The notes under the pieces: generated by a model
Told to the model about the DNA's origin: nothing
Database searches by the model: none
Seen by the model: the letters and a program-made list of their open reading frames with translations, nothing else
Program-made: the position numbers and the translations under genes
Assembly (NCBI GenBank): GCA_965153285.1
Contig: OZ229110.1
Length of the DNA stretch: 64,000 nt
Reading direction: 5' to 3' (one strand)
Source of the DNA: Podarcis tiliguerta
Lineage: Eukaryota
Part shown: piece after piece, positions 19,131-32,300 of the stretch
How the letters are laid out: every line of letters begins with the position of its first letter
How positions within the stretch are numbered: the stretch's first letter is position 1

Positions 19131-22100
19131 GTCCCCTGCTTCAATGCCGCACAGCGCATTTGTCTTGTCTAGTCGGAATGTTTATGCATGACGGGATCCT
19201 CGTTAATGATCGTTGCAAATAATTGCCTTGTCCCCCCCCCCCCAGTTGTATGGTAACGGGCGCCAAGATAAAATGCCACTGTCTCATCACCAGTTGGCAT
19301 GGTACAATATACCTGTTTTGCAGCAATTATCTGGTGACATCCTAATTAACTGTAATTAACATTCAGCCATCTCAGTTTCCCCTTTTCTTGTTTATTACTT
19401 CTGTTTGGGATGGATAGATTTGAGCAATTTTTTGAGCAACAACAAAAAGTAAAATACCTGTTGGGGCATTGTAAGTAGGAGCAATCCTAACCAGGCAGGC
19501 ACACTGGCATATTTCCAGTGTAAATGAAGCTGCATCATAATTGCTGTTGGCTGGATCATTTTCTGCCCTTCCATTGACTCGTATGGGGTGGATTTTAGTC
19601 ACACCTGCAATTTTGTTGGTGTAGGTACACTGAACCCTATACAGGATCAGTGATTGGAGGGAATTAGGATGCAATGTTTGCTCCTCTTCCTGACCTTGAC
19701 ATACCCTTTTTTGGCCTCAACAGTGGTGTAACTTCTGCCAACTTAACTAACACTTTCAGCTAATGTAAGTAGATATGCCAGAGTAAGTCCTTCATGTCAG
19801 CTCATTTGGACAGCAGGGAGGGAGGGTTGGGAAATATGCCACATCGTAACCTCCTCTATCCAGTATATCTGTGAGTTAGGATTGCACAGTCAGTCTGACT
19901 GAAAGCATTTGACTTTGAAACACAGTTAACTAAAAGGCCAGTGGGAGAACTTGAGTAAAAGATGGAGATAGGTGCTCCAGAAGGTGCTCCAGAAGGACCT
20001 TCTGAAGGTGCTCCAGAAGGTCATAACCACAGCCCAAAGGATTATTGGTCATCCTCTCCCATCTTTGGAAGAACTGTACGGTTCCCGTTGTCTTAGGAAA
20101 GCAAACAACATCCTGCAGGATTCATCTCACCCGGGACACAGTCTGTTTGCACTACTGCCTTCTGGCAGGAGATATAGAAACATCAAGTCAAGGACAAATA
20201 GACTGAAAAACAGTTTCTATCCAAGAGCTGTGGCCTTTTTGAATGCTGTAACTCGATAGTGTGACCTGGGAGTTTGATGGGTGTTGGTGTGGGTGTGGCT
20301 GGAATGTGGTTTGTTTGGTTGTTGTTGTTGTTTTGCTTTTGTTGTTTTTAAGGGATGGCATCCAATTTCGTTGCACTTGTGCAATGTTGCACTTGTGTAA
20401 TGACAATAAAGAATCTATTATCTATTATCTATTATATGGATCAAGGAAGGCTGTTGTAGTTACAGTATGTCAAATAAGGAAGAACAAATGCACTTGAAAG
20501 GTCAGGTGTGAGTGTTGGGGTTAAAGGAAAGAAGAACTGAAGCAATGGACAAATCTAGCATTGTTGTAAAAATGAAAGGCAGGAATATAAGATGAACTCA
20601 AAGTTATTGATTTGAATGATGGGAAGTTTGGATTCAGTATGTTGTTGTTTAGTCGTGTCCGACTCTTCGTGACCCCATGGACCAGAGCACGCCAGGCACT
20701 TCTGCCTTCCACTGTCTCCCGCAGTTTGGTCAGAATCATGTTTGTAGCTTCGAGAACACTGTCCAACCATCTCATCCTCTGTCGTCCCCTTCTTCTTGTG
20801 CCCTCCATCTTTCCCAACATCAGGGTCTTTTCCAGGGAGTCTTCTCTTCTCATGAGGTGGCCAAAGTATTGGAGCCTCAGCTTCACGATCTGTCCTTCCA
20901 GTGAGCACTCAGGGCTGATTTCCTTAAGAATGGATCTTCTTGCAGTCCATGGGACTCTCAAGAGTCTCCTCCAGCACCATAATTCAAAAGCGTCAATTCT
21001 TCGGCGATCAGCCTTCTTTATGGTCCAGCTCTCACTTCCATACATCACTACTGGGAAAACCATGGCTTTAACTATACGGACCTTTGTTGGCAAGGTGATG
21101 TCTCTGCTTTTTAAGATGCCATCGCCTTTCTCCCAAGGAGCAGGCGTCTTTTAATTTCGTGACTGCTGTCACCATCTGCAGTGATCATGGAGCCTGAAAA
21201 AGTAAAATCTCTCACTGCCTCCATTTCTTCCCCTTCTATTTGCCAGGAGGTGATGGGACCAGTGGCCATGATCTTCGTTTTTTTGATGTTGAGCTTCAGA
21301 CCATATTTTGCACTCTCCTTTCTCACCCTCATTAAAAGGTTATTTAATTCCTCCTCACTTTCTGCCATCAAGGTTGTGTCATCTGCATATCTGAGGTTGT
21401 TGATATTTCTTCCGGCAGTCTTAATTCCGGCTTGGAATTCATCCAGCCCAGCCTTTCGCATGATGAATTCTGCATATAAGTTAAATAAGCAGGGAGACAA
21501 TATACAGCCTTGCCGTACTCCTTTCCCAATTTTGAACCAATCAGTTGTTCCATATCCAGTTCTAACTGTAGCTTCTTGTCCCACATAGAGATTTATCAGG
21601 AGACAGATAAGGATTCAGTATATGGCCGGTTGAAAAGAAATGTATGGGAAACGTTTTTGCAAGATGAGTACTTCATTCCAGAGAAGAACTGTGAGGTTGC
21701 TGAATTAGTGACTACTTCACTATTGAATCTTTTGGGGAGAGGAGCAGCAAAAATGTATCAGCGAGCTGCCTACACCTAGAAGGAACAGCTGAAAGGAGTA
21801 GCTGAACATGGAAGGTCTTAAAAATTTGTGGACAAAACATTCTTAGAAAGAGAGAGTGTACAAAGCTTTCAAGGTAGCAGAATAAATGGGGAACTTTCTG
21901 TGCAGTAAATTGGGGAGGAGGTAGCTGAGAAGGAAAAGACACAAGGTTTTAATTCACAATAGTCAGGTTATCATAGCATAAGAACATAACAGTCCTGCTG
22001 GATCAAAACAGGGTCCCATCTAGTCCATCATCCTGTTTTCACATTGGCCATCCTGATTCCTATGGGAAGTCTGTAATCAGCCATAAGTGCAACAGTACTC

Positions 22101-25100
22101 ACAAAGAATTGTAAAATATGCTGACAACCAATGTCATTGAACTATTTCAGCAGAGTTCAGCTTTCTCCTACTGAGGTTTTTAGGGCATCTCCGCTTTCAC
22201 TGTCACTATCCAGAGAGAAGTGTCCCACACTAGTTCTCTATATCCCACCACGTTTCCATTGTGCCCACCATATCTATGTTCTCCCTCCCTGGGAACGGGT
22301 CCCTTTTAAGGAATAGTGTTTCTCTTTACCAGAGTAATTCTCTGAACTATTCTCTGTGATAGCAGAATAGCTGTGTATACAACACCGTCACCCTGCCCTT
22401 GAAGGCCTTGCCGACCAACATCACTTCCTTCCCTACGTTAGCTACTTTGGCCTTGAACAAACATATTCCCTGAGACCCAGGAGCTCATCAAAATATTTAG
22501 TTCAGTTCCTGGGAATGAGAATTTCTGTCATGAATGGACAATGTGGGGGTTAAGTGGGGATTGAGGTGAGGATAGGAGTAGATTTAAAAAAAGAACTGAA
22601 CCACAAACTCAACATTTAGATTGGAGTGAAGATGAATAGGGTTAGAGGACAAGCTCAGTGTTCCATTAAAATGCACCTGTTGCCCCCATTTTAAGGACCC
22701 CTGTAAGATCAGCTGGCTAGAACATGATACCACCGTATTTTTCGCTCTATAGGACGCATAGGACGCACCGGAGCATAGGAGGGGGAGAACAGGGGAAAAT
22801 ATTTTTTTTCTTGTTCTCTCCCTCTAAAACAAGGTGTGTTCAAGGTGCATTCACCTGACTTGTGGGGCTGGCGGTGGGGGGAAGCGCTGCTTTCCCCCAC
22901 CGCCAGCCTCAAAGATCCCTGAAGCCTTTGGAGCGCAGCGCCCCGTTGCCTTGCAGATGCTTTGCACGCAGCCGTCCCCAAGCTAGAACAGTGAGACAGA
23001 GCCCTCCGTCTCACTGTTCTGGCTTGGGAACAGCCTTGCTAGCCTCTGCAGGACAGCGGGGTGAAGGCACCCTGCTGCCCTGGAGAGGCTTTGCGCGCAG
23101 CCGTCCCCAAGCTAGAACAGCGAGATGGAGCGCTCCGCAGCGCTCCGTCTCCCTGTTCTGCCTTTGGGCTTAGTGGCGCAGCCTGCATTCGCTCTATAGG
23201 ACGCACACACATTTCCCCTTAATTTTTGGAGGGGGAAAAGTGCGTCCTATGGAGCGAAAAATACGGTACTTTACTGCCCATGAACCAGGCATCTTTACTT
23301 TTACAATATCTATAGAAAAAAACACATATGACATCTGAACAACAAACAGAGCAGTGACCTGTGTTGTATTTTCCTCATGTATACCACATTCTAATCTGTC
23401 TCCTTGCTAATCACGTATGCAACTTACTCACTACTTTCTAGACTTTGCTTCATCTAGGGCCAGAAAACTTTTCCCCTCTTAAAACGATATTTCAAGTGAG
23501 AAATAAAAAAACCTCATATATGTCGTATTTTTTGCCCTTTAGGGCGCACTGGCCCATAGGGCGCACTTATTTTTTTTTTGGGGGGGGGGGAATAAAGAAG
23601 AAAAAAAATTCCCGCCCCAAAGAGCAAAGAAGCCATGACGGCGAGTGGGATGGATCCCGCTAGCTGTCCTGGCTTTGTTTTTAGCCTCGGGGCTGGGGGT
23701 CCGGGAGTGAAGGCGAGGTTGCGCAACCTCGCCATCGCTCCCGGAGCTTGCGGGGCTGGAGGCGGGGGAAGCCTGAGCTTCCCCAGCCCCCAGAACAGGC
23801 TGCTATCCGCAAGCCTTGGGAGCCTGGCGGGAACTCCCTCCGGGCTCCCAAGGCTTGCAGAGAGCTGCCTGAAGCCCGGGGTGCGCCCCACTGCGCTCCC
23901 CGGGTTTTGGGCTGCAGGCTGCTGTCCGCAAGCCTTGGGAGCCCGGCGGGAACTCCCGCCGGGCTCCCAAGGTTTGTGGATAGCTTCCTGCATTCGCCCC
24001 ATAGGACGCATAGCCTGCATTTGCCCCATAGGACGCACACACATTTCCTCTTCATTTTTGGAGGGGAAAAAGTACGTCCTATAGGGCGAAAAATACGGTA
24101 TACACACATTGCTATGGAATTCGTGTATTCTAAGGGTGGGTGGATGCGTCTGTCATGTTGCATAGGGTAATCATAGCCTTTGATTCAGAATGCTATGTAA
24201 TCTTGAAAGTTTGGTGTTTGGAATAAAGATTACATGGATAACAACAGGGTCTAAGATTGATCAGAACTTCGCCATTTAGATTTGCGTCACCATATCCACC
24301 TCCTCAAACAAACATTTAAGAAATGTTTTAATGTGTGAGTATCAGTGTAGTCATGTTCATTTTGTTTCTTCTATGATTTGTTGGGATGATATGATGTGAT
24401 ATTAAATGATCTGTTTGTTACTCCTGGTGTGAGTAGAGTTCTTTGGTAGAATATAATATATATCACAAGTTTTTGTAACGACCAAGTGCATTACTTCATG
24501 AATGCAGGGCTGGTTTCTTCCAATCTCATTTTTGTTACATTTTATAAATTTATAACGAGACCGGGAAGCCATAGAACATGAAGGTTCAGTTCCATCAAGG
24601 AGTTCTGTTGGGTATACTGAGAAGGATAGAGTAGTAGCCACTACTATTCAGTCTCCTTGTGCTGTGCACCGCTTGTTCCACATTTCATGTTGTAAAATAT
24701 ATCTGGGCTGTGACTTTTCTGAACCTAGGAATCTGGGCTGTGCAATCAGGATAATACTGAAAAAATGAACTCAGTGTAATAGCCAGAAGCTGAAATCATT
24801 AGCTGAAAATGAGTTTACAACTTATGTAGCTCATCAGAATAGGAATTTCTGCCTCATTACAGTTAATCATGCTACTGTGCTCAGGGTAGTCAGTATATGT
24901 CCTCGCAGCAATCTTTTGAAGTAAGCTATGATGATTTCCATTTTACTGACATGGGATTGATGCTGTTCATGGATAAGCAAGGATTTGAACGCATGCTTTC
25001 CACTGCATCACACTCACTGGGTGATATCCAGCCATGTCATGCACAGAGTAGACCCATTTAAATCAATTGACAAGATTTCAGTGGATCTACTTGTATGACT

Positions 25101-26295
25101 AGCATTGGCTGTCATCCATTTTTCCCCCATTACATCCCATTGTTTGTACAGGCTTACCTGATGAAATCAAAAGATGAAATCAAAAGCCAGAGGCAGTGCT
25201 CATCTTAATTAAACCATTAGGCTTCATAGTAATTCAAATGGGAAAACTATGCATATTAACTGCCTGTAATCACGAGTTTGATCCTGTTACCCCATTTTGC
25301 AATATGTAGCTGTCATACCTCAATATTTAGCCATCATATTATATAAGAGAGAGACATACAAGGTTTCGAGAACCTTTCCCTCTTGCTTATTAAAGTTGCA
25401 ACCCTGTGCACATTTACATGGGAATAAGTCCCATTGAACTTGGTGGGGCATATTCTAAGTAGGTGTGTAGGATGCCATTGAAGGCTGTGCATTTTTGAAC
25501 ATAAAGGAGAACAGCAAACAAGCAAAAAAATTGATCCCCTGTATTAAACTTTATGGATGCCTTTTTCCTGTGAATGAAAAATATTTGAAAGCCTAAGGCA
25601 TTCGTTGAGATTCCTGCATTGCAGAGGGTTGGACGAGATGAACCCCATGGTGACTTTCAGCTCTACAGTTCTGCTATTAACTTGGGGCTACTTTCTCTGA
25701 TGGGACGCGGGTGGCGCTGTGGGTAAAAGCCTCAGCGCCTAGGGTTTTCTGATGAGAAGGTCGGCGGTTCGAATCCCCGCGGCGGGGTGCGCTCCCGCTG
25801 TTCGGTCCCAGCGCCTGCCAACCTAGCAGTTCGAAAGCACCCCTGGGTGCAAGTAGATAAATAGGGACCGCTTACAAGCGGGAAGGTAAACGGCGTTTCC
25901 GTGTGCTGCGCTGGCTCGCCAGATGCAGCTTGTCACGCTGGCCACGTGACCCGGAAGTGTCTCCGGACAGCGCTGGCCCCCGGCCTCTTAAGTGAGATGG
26001 GCGCACAACCCTAGAGTCTGTCAAGACTGGCCCGTACGGGCAGGGGTACCTTTACCTTTTTACTTTCTCTGACAAACTAGGGTAGTCACACCTTGCTGAT
26101 GAGAAGAGGTGTCATTATAGCCTCCTGAATCTGAATACAGTATATTTATTCTCTACTTTGGAATGTAGAATAGTGTGGAAAGGTGACTCTGCCTTGAGTT
26201 ACTCAGGACTTATTTTTTTGTATTGGTGATTGTATAATCTTTCTCTTCAGCAGGGGAGCTGTCCACAGGGGAAACATTCACTCTCTGGTGAGTTG

Positions 26296-26342
<47 letters not shown>

Positions 26343-29300
26343 GTGTCTGTCTTTCTTATTATTATTATTAGGTGTCTTGTCTGTTTCATAATCACCGTGA
26401 CAAGGGAAATCTAATGAAAACCTGGTTACAAACTATAGTACATTCATACTTTTTTCTTTAAAGCCACAAGTGGTTTTAAAAGTAGTTAAAGATTAAAGAA
26501 AGTGAGAAATGAATTCCATGTTTACCTATGATATGTTAAAACAAGCTATGTAGCATAAATGACCAGCTCACTCAACCAACAGATTTGTGTACAGATTAGA
26601 ATATTTGAAAATGACCATAATGCAGAGTCAGCATAACCACCAATGAACTCCATTTTTAACCTTCCTTGGCAGTTCCCACATTAAAGGATAGATAAATGAT
26701 TCCTGTTTTCTGCCCAGATACTCAGGATATGTAGGTGGATGAACACAGTATTTTTAACCTACACCAGTTTGATAAGTTTGAAAAAGTAGAGATGCTCTGA
26801 TGCATTTCCCATTCACTTAAGTAGGTTTGGGCAGAAGGAGTTCTGTATGAGTTATGTTCAAAATACATAATTTAGAACATAATTTAGGGAATGGTAGGTT
26901 GACTTGCAAGAGATCTTAGAGTTGATTTTGATGTAACTTTTTGGCTCAGATAATGAGATGATCCCAAGCGCCCAAACATGTTGAAACTCACATCAGAATA
27001 AGTTAGCCCACATGACTTTACAGATAGAATTTCTAAGATGTATCCAGTAAGTATTTGGAGTCTTGTTCATGAGGATTGTTCTGGGAAAAAGACTCATGGG
27101 ACCACCCATTCTGGCATAATTTGACACTGTATAAATTATTTCAGGAACACTGTGCAATTAATTGGAATTAATTGAGCACTTCCAAAAAAATGGCCCCTTT
27201 TAGAAACGATGTGTTGTAAATGTTTTTGTTCTTTATCGAAAAAGGGAAGGAGCACAGGGTATGCAATTTTTTCTAAACATTTCTCCCCAGATGCAGATGA
27301 ATTGAATGATTCTGGATGTTGTGGTGGTGGAGGAAATGCTACAAAATAAATTAAATGAATGCAGAGATATTGTGTTAGTGTCTTTTCCATTTCTTGATAG
27401 ATATTAATCTTGCCCACCTCGCTGGCCAACACTTAGATTTTGGATACTGGGGCTGCTATTAATCTTTTATAAAAAAAACAGATTGAGGACTAGGATGATG
27501 GTGTGGAGACTTTTACATGTCAATAATAATTGTCAGCTGCTATTTTTACCTTTATAACATTTATTAAACTAATTTGTCTTAGTACACGTTACTGTAATAA
27601 GCGATATAATGTAAACAGATTTCTAATTGAAGTGCTTTCTGTTTCCAGGTGTCTCTCGATGCCAAGGGTTAGCTTATGCCAACAGCAGGAAGCATTTGTA
27701 AGTATTCAACTGTAAATAGTCAATATGTTTTGACTATTTGCATGGATGGAGAGTAGCTGCTACAACAACCCAGTAGTTACAGTATTGTCAGAGAGGGGTA
27801 GCTGCATTCTCTGTGTCCAAATTATCCCAGACCAGAGTAATCCACATTCTGCACCAAGAGTAGAAGAATTCTTGAACTGTATAAATTACCTGATTTGAAT
27901 CAATTTATATATTTGCATATTTTGCACAATTTGTTCTGGAGGGGGGAACAAGCTAGGTAGCACCCCAGAAATATGATCTTCCTTGATTGTCGAATGCCTT
28001 GAAATAGACTCCCTTAGGTGCTGTGCAGAATGTCATCTGCCCCGATGAGCGTGTTAATTGTCAGGGCTGCTGATTGACAACCCAGTCAAGTCAGGCCAAC
28101 AGATGCAAAATCTGTACTGCTTCTTGCTGGCCTTTAGTTGATCTCTTGTTTCTTGCTCTCCAGGGTAAATGGCTCCCGTGTGTTCACTGTCCGTTATTTC
28201 AGAACTACCACAGTGTGCAGTAAGTACCTGAGATGACTGCAGCTGGGGGGAGGGCTTCTCTGCCTGCACATTCCCTTCCAAGCTTGTTCCCCAACTGATT
28301 CTTAGTCTAAACTAAGGAGTACAAAATGCAGGAATACAAAGTAATAGACTGGAATTGTGTTTTTTCTTTGTTTGTCATACTACAGGTGGTTGTGATGCAG
28401 TGTAGGTTGGACTCTGGTATATTATGTCCCTTACTGGTCGCTCCCCCCATCCCTCAAGTGTCTCAGATTAAGCATGATTATTAGCATGTCACCTGTGTAA
28501 AAGATGCTCTGCAAAATAATATAAACTAAAAAAAGCCTGTTCCCTGTCCTGAGAAGCTTATGATTTGTTTCAACAGTTTGGGAAATAATGGAGAGGCAAG
28601 AGTAAGTATATAAATATGTCCTGAATCTACTGCAAAATGACCCCAATGTTCTACTTTTATGGAAGAGGGAGAACAGTCTACCTGAGGAGGCAAATTTTAA
28701 GGAGAAAAGAGAGATGACACTGTTCTGGTTCCCCCATAACGCTAAACCACGACTCATTAAACTATAACTTAGCCTTAGGTGTGAGCCCAGCCCAGCAGCT
28801 TCTGTGGTTTACTGCCAACAAACAATAGTCTAAAGCCGTTGTTTGTCATTGGCTTACAAACCTTGGTTTCTTTCAGTTAAGTTTAGTGTGCTGTGTGAAC
28901 CCAGCTCCCTTCCTTAACCATGGTTTGCTTGACCACCCCACCCCAAATGCTCATCAAAGACACAAGGCAAGCGCAGCTGGGAAACAAATCAAACTTCAGA
29001 GAAGAAAACTATGGTTTGTTTGATCATCTGTGGGACAACAAACATTGGCTTTCGTGTAAATAGGTTGGTGTAGATGTTCTCGGAGGTATTGCTAGATATA
29101 AGAGGTTTCTAATAATGCTGTTTGTCCATAAGCATTCCAGAATCTAAAATGACTGAATGTGAAGGCTTTTACTACATGCAGATATACATTTCTTCTACAG
29201 GGGAAGAAGTTGTTACAGTGAACACACCAGCATTTGCAGAATCAGTCACAGAGGGAGATGTCAGGTGGGAGAAAGGTAAGAGGCAGCTTTTTGTCTTCTA

Positions 29301-32300
29301 TGGTTTTCTTGGTCTGTTGTGGGAATACACTAAAGTCATAATTGGTGAAAGGAACGCTGGACACACTTATTCGATAGGTGAAAATTCACCAAACTAATTA
29401 AAGTTTGAAAGGTCAGTGTAAGTCCTCTATGAGGTATGTAATGTCCAGATCCTTATTATGCAAGTCCTCCGGCATACATGTAAGAATTGAGACTCTCTGC
29501 GAGGCATTGATGTGAGCTTTAAGAAAATGAGCTTTAAGAGTTTCCTTACTTAGGGTGGTTCTTTTCATTTTTAGCTGTGGGTGACACAGTAGGAGAAGAT
29601 GAAGTGGTATGTGAGATTGAAACAGACAAGGTAAACGTCCTATTTTTCTTGTATAATTAGAAACGCCAGATGATGTATTCAGTTATGCGTGGTTTGCGGA
29701 AAATAGAGAAAATGCCTATTGTGGGAAACAGGATGCCAGACTAGATAGGCCTTTTGTTCTGATTCTTCAATGTTGCTCTTATGGGGTAGTTTCTTGATGC
29801 TCACCAGAGTGGAGGTGGGTAGGCTAAAGACAACAGAAGACCACAAAACCTAGGCAAGGGGCACTCTTCTAGCTTTTGACTCGAAAAACTTTCTTGTTTT
29901 CAGCTATGCCTTCTGGGATCTTGCATGTCCTCCATCATTCTCAGATTGAGAGTGAATCAGTTTTTATACTGGAGAGGGAGAGGCTTATTAGCAAATGCCA
30001 TACTACTGGCTTCCTCTAGGGGCTCTGGATTTAACAAGCAGTACAGTTGATACAAATAAATAACTGTACTGTTCCTTCTTGTGATGAAACGCAGAGTTGA
30101 TTTCCAGTGAAATATGTATACCCCCAAGATGTAATATCTCCATCATGCTGTTTCTTTGCATGATTTCTGTAGAAAGGCCAATCCCATTCATATGTCATTC
30201 ATTCCTCTTCATGGGATAGTCCCATTTGCTTAACATATTTCCTTTTGATGATTGGGGGAGAGCTCATTTGTGTTTTATCTACAGACATCTGTGCAGGTTC
30301 CAGCTCCGGTAGCTGGCGTAATTGAAGCACTTCTAGTTCCTGATGGGGGGAAAGTGGAAGGAGGTACACCTTTGTTTAAACTCAGGAAAACCGGAGGTAA
30401 GTTGGGACCAGCCATGTCTGTTTCTTACACTGTCACAGTTGCAACAATGATGGGATTTGCTGCAAAAATAAAGAATCCGTATCTGAATGCTGTAACTGGA
30501 CTGAATTGTCCAAATTCAACTTGACTTGCATACTTTGGCAGGGGGAAAAATCACAGTAATTCCCTGCAAAATTTTATAGGCAATGTGTAAAAATATGAGG
30601 GTTTGTGATTTATTGAAAGATAAATAGAAAGAAGCAGGTTCTTTGAGGAGGGGTGGAATGTGGGAACAGGTGACTCATGCAGTTACTACATTTGTTCCCA
30701 TGGAAGCACCACATTGGGTAACCCTGCTCTAGACTCTTGCCAGTCAGACCTTAGTAAATGTTAGACCTGGGAACAGGGCCTCAGTTGCTAATCTCAAAGC
30801 CTCGAGCAAATGAGTGTGGGTATACACGATGCCAGATACAACAGGTAGCAAACCATTTTAAGGCTTTAAAGGTCGCCACCAGCACTTTGGTTTAGTTTCC
30901 AAACTCAGCTTTTAAAAGAACCTAATATATGGAACTTGCCCACTGCCTCTGTGCATAGCTATACCATTTCGCAAGTTTATTTTCTGGGTGCTAGCAGCCA
31001 ATGAGACAAGTGAACACTGTCTTATTATATTAATATGGGCTCCTGATTCAAAAGGGTAATTTTCTCAAAGATACTGAAAGAGCCTGCTTGGGTGGAAAAA
31101 ATGCACCTCTTGGGTTCTGTCTGCCTGTGCAACTGCCTTTCTCAATTCTTCTGTTTAGCTGCACCTGCCAAGGCCAAACCAGCAGCAGCCCCTGCACCAG
31201 AACCGGCAGCGCCTCCTCCTCCTCCTCCTGCAGCAGCAGCACCTGCCCCTGCAGCACAAATTCCCACTACGATGCCTCCAGTGCCCCCTGTGTCATCACT
31301 CCCTGTGGATTCTAAACCAGGTGAGACCAAGACCATCTCTAATCCCCCTTAACCAACCTCCTTCCACCTGCATCAGCAGGGAGTTATTCCGAACTGGAGA
31401 CTGCAGAACTGTCCCCAGGAGAGTGTTCAAGAATGTCCACCTTGCTACCTAGCATGCATTAGGTATCATCTCCCAAATGAGTATTTCATCTCTACTTCAG
31501 ATAGCCTTCGTGTTCATCCATTGCTTGCCAGGACATAAATCTTCTTCTCTCAGTCCCTTGACACATTTCTCCCCCGCCCCCCCAATTTTCTTTCAGTTTC
31601 TGCAGTAAAGCCAGTTGCAGCTGCTCCTGTGGCGGAACCTGGGGTCAGCAAAGGAGCCAGAGTGGAGCAAAGGGTAATTGGAAACTTCTTGCGCTTATGG
31701 GGCAGTGCATGAGGGCGATTGAGGCCGAGTGGGGACCATTCTTTTGCCTGAAAAACCTCCAGTCTAAGCCTCATGAGATGCAGTGGTCAAGTTGTGTTGT
31801 ACAGTGGTACCTCGGGTTACATATGCTTCAGGTTACATACGCTTCAGTTTACAGACTCTGCTAATCCAGAAATAGTACCTCAGGTTAAGAACTTTGCTTC
31901 AGGATGAGAACAGAAATTGTGCTCCGGCGGCACAGTGGCAGCAGGAGGCCCCATTAGCTAAAGTGGTGCTTCAGGTTAAGAACAGTTTCAGGTTAAGAAC
32001 AGACCTCCAGAACGAATTAAGTTCTTAACCCGAGGTACCACTGTACTATTCTGTGAGCAGTGGCTGAATACAGCAAAGTTTTTAGCTCATGAGCACTGCC
32101 TTTCCTACTTGTGTTATTCCTGGTAGTGATAGTCAGCAGTGTGAATTCTTGTCAATGTCAGTTTGCAAAACTACCTTTCTCCCATTACAGTCAAACCTCG
32201 GTTGTTGAACGTAATCCGTTCCAGAAACCCGTTCGGCTTCCGAAATGTTTGACAACTGAGGCGTGGCTTCTGATTGGTTGCAGGAGCTTCCTGCACCGAA

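Noticed and set aside
23514-24170. Several overlapping 140-197 aa ORFs
   Set aside because: All lie in a GC-rich palindromic MITE interior; no transposase motifs
30528-30545. GCATACTTTGGCAGGGGG resembling the U1 5' end in DLST intron 7
   Set aside because: Needs a 3-nt deletion, similarity stops after ~18 nt, no PSE/DSE; compatible with chance
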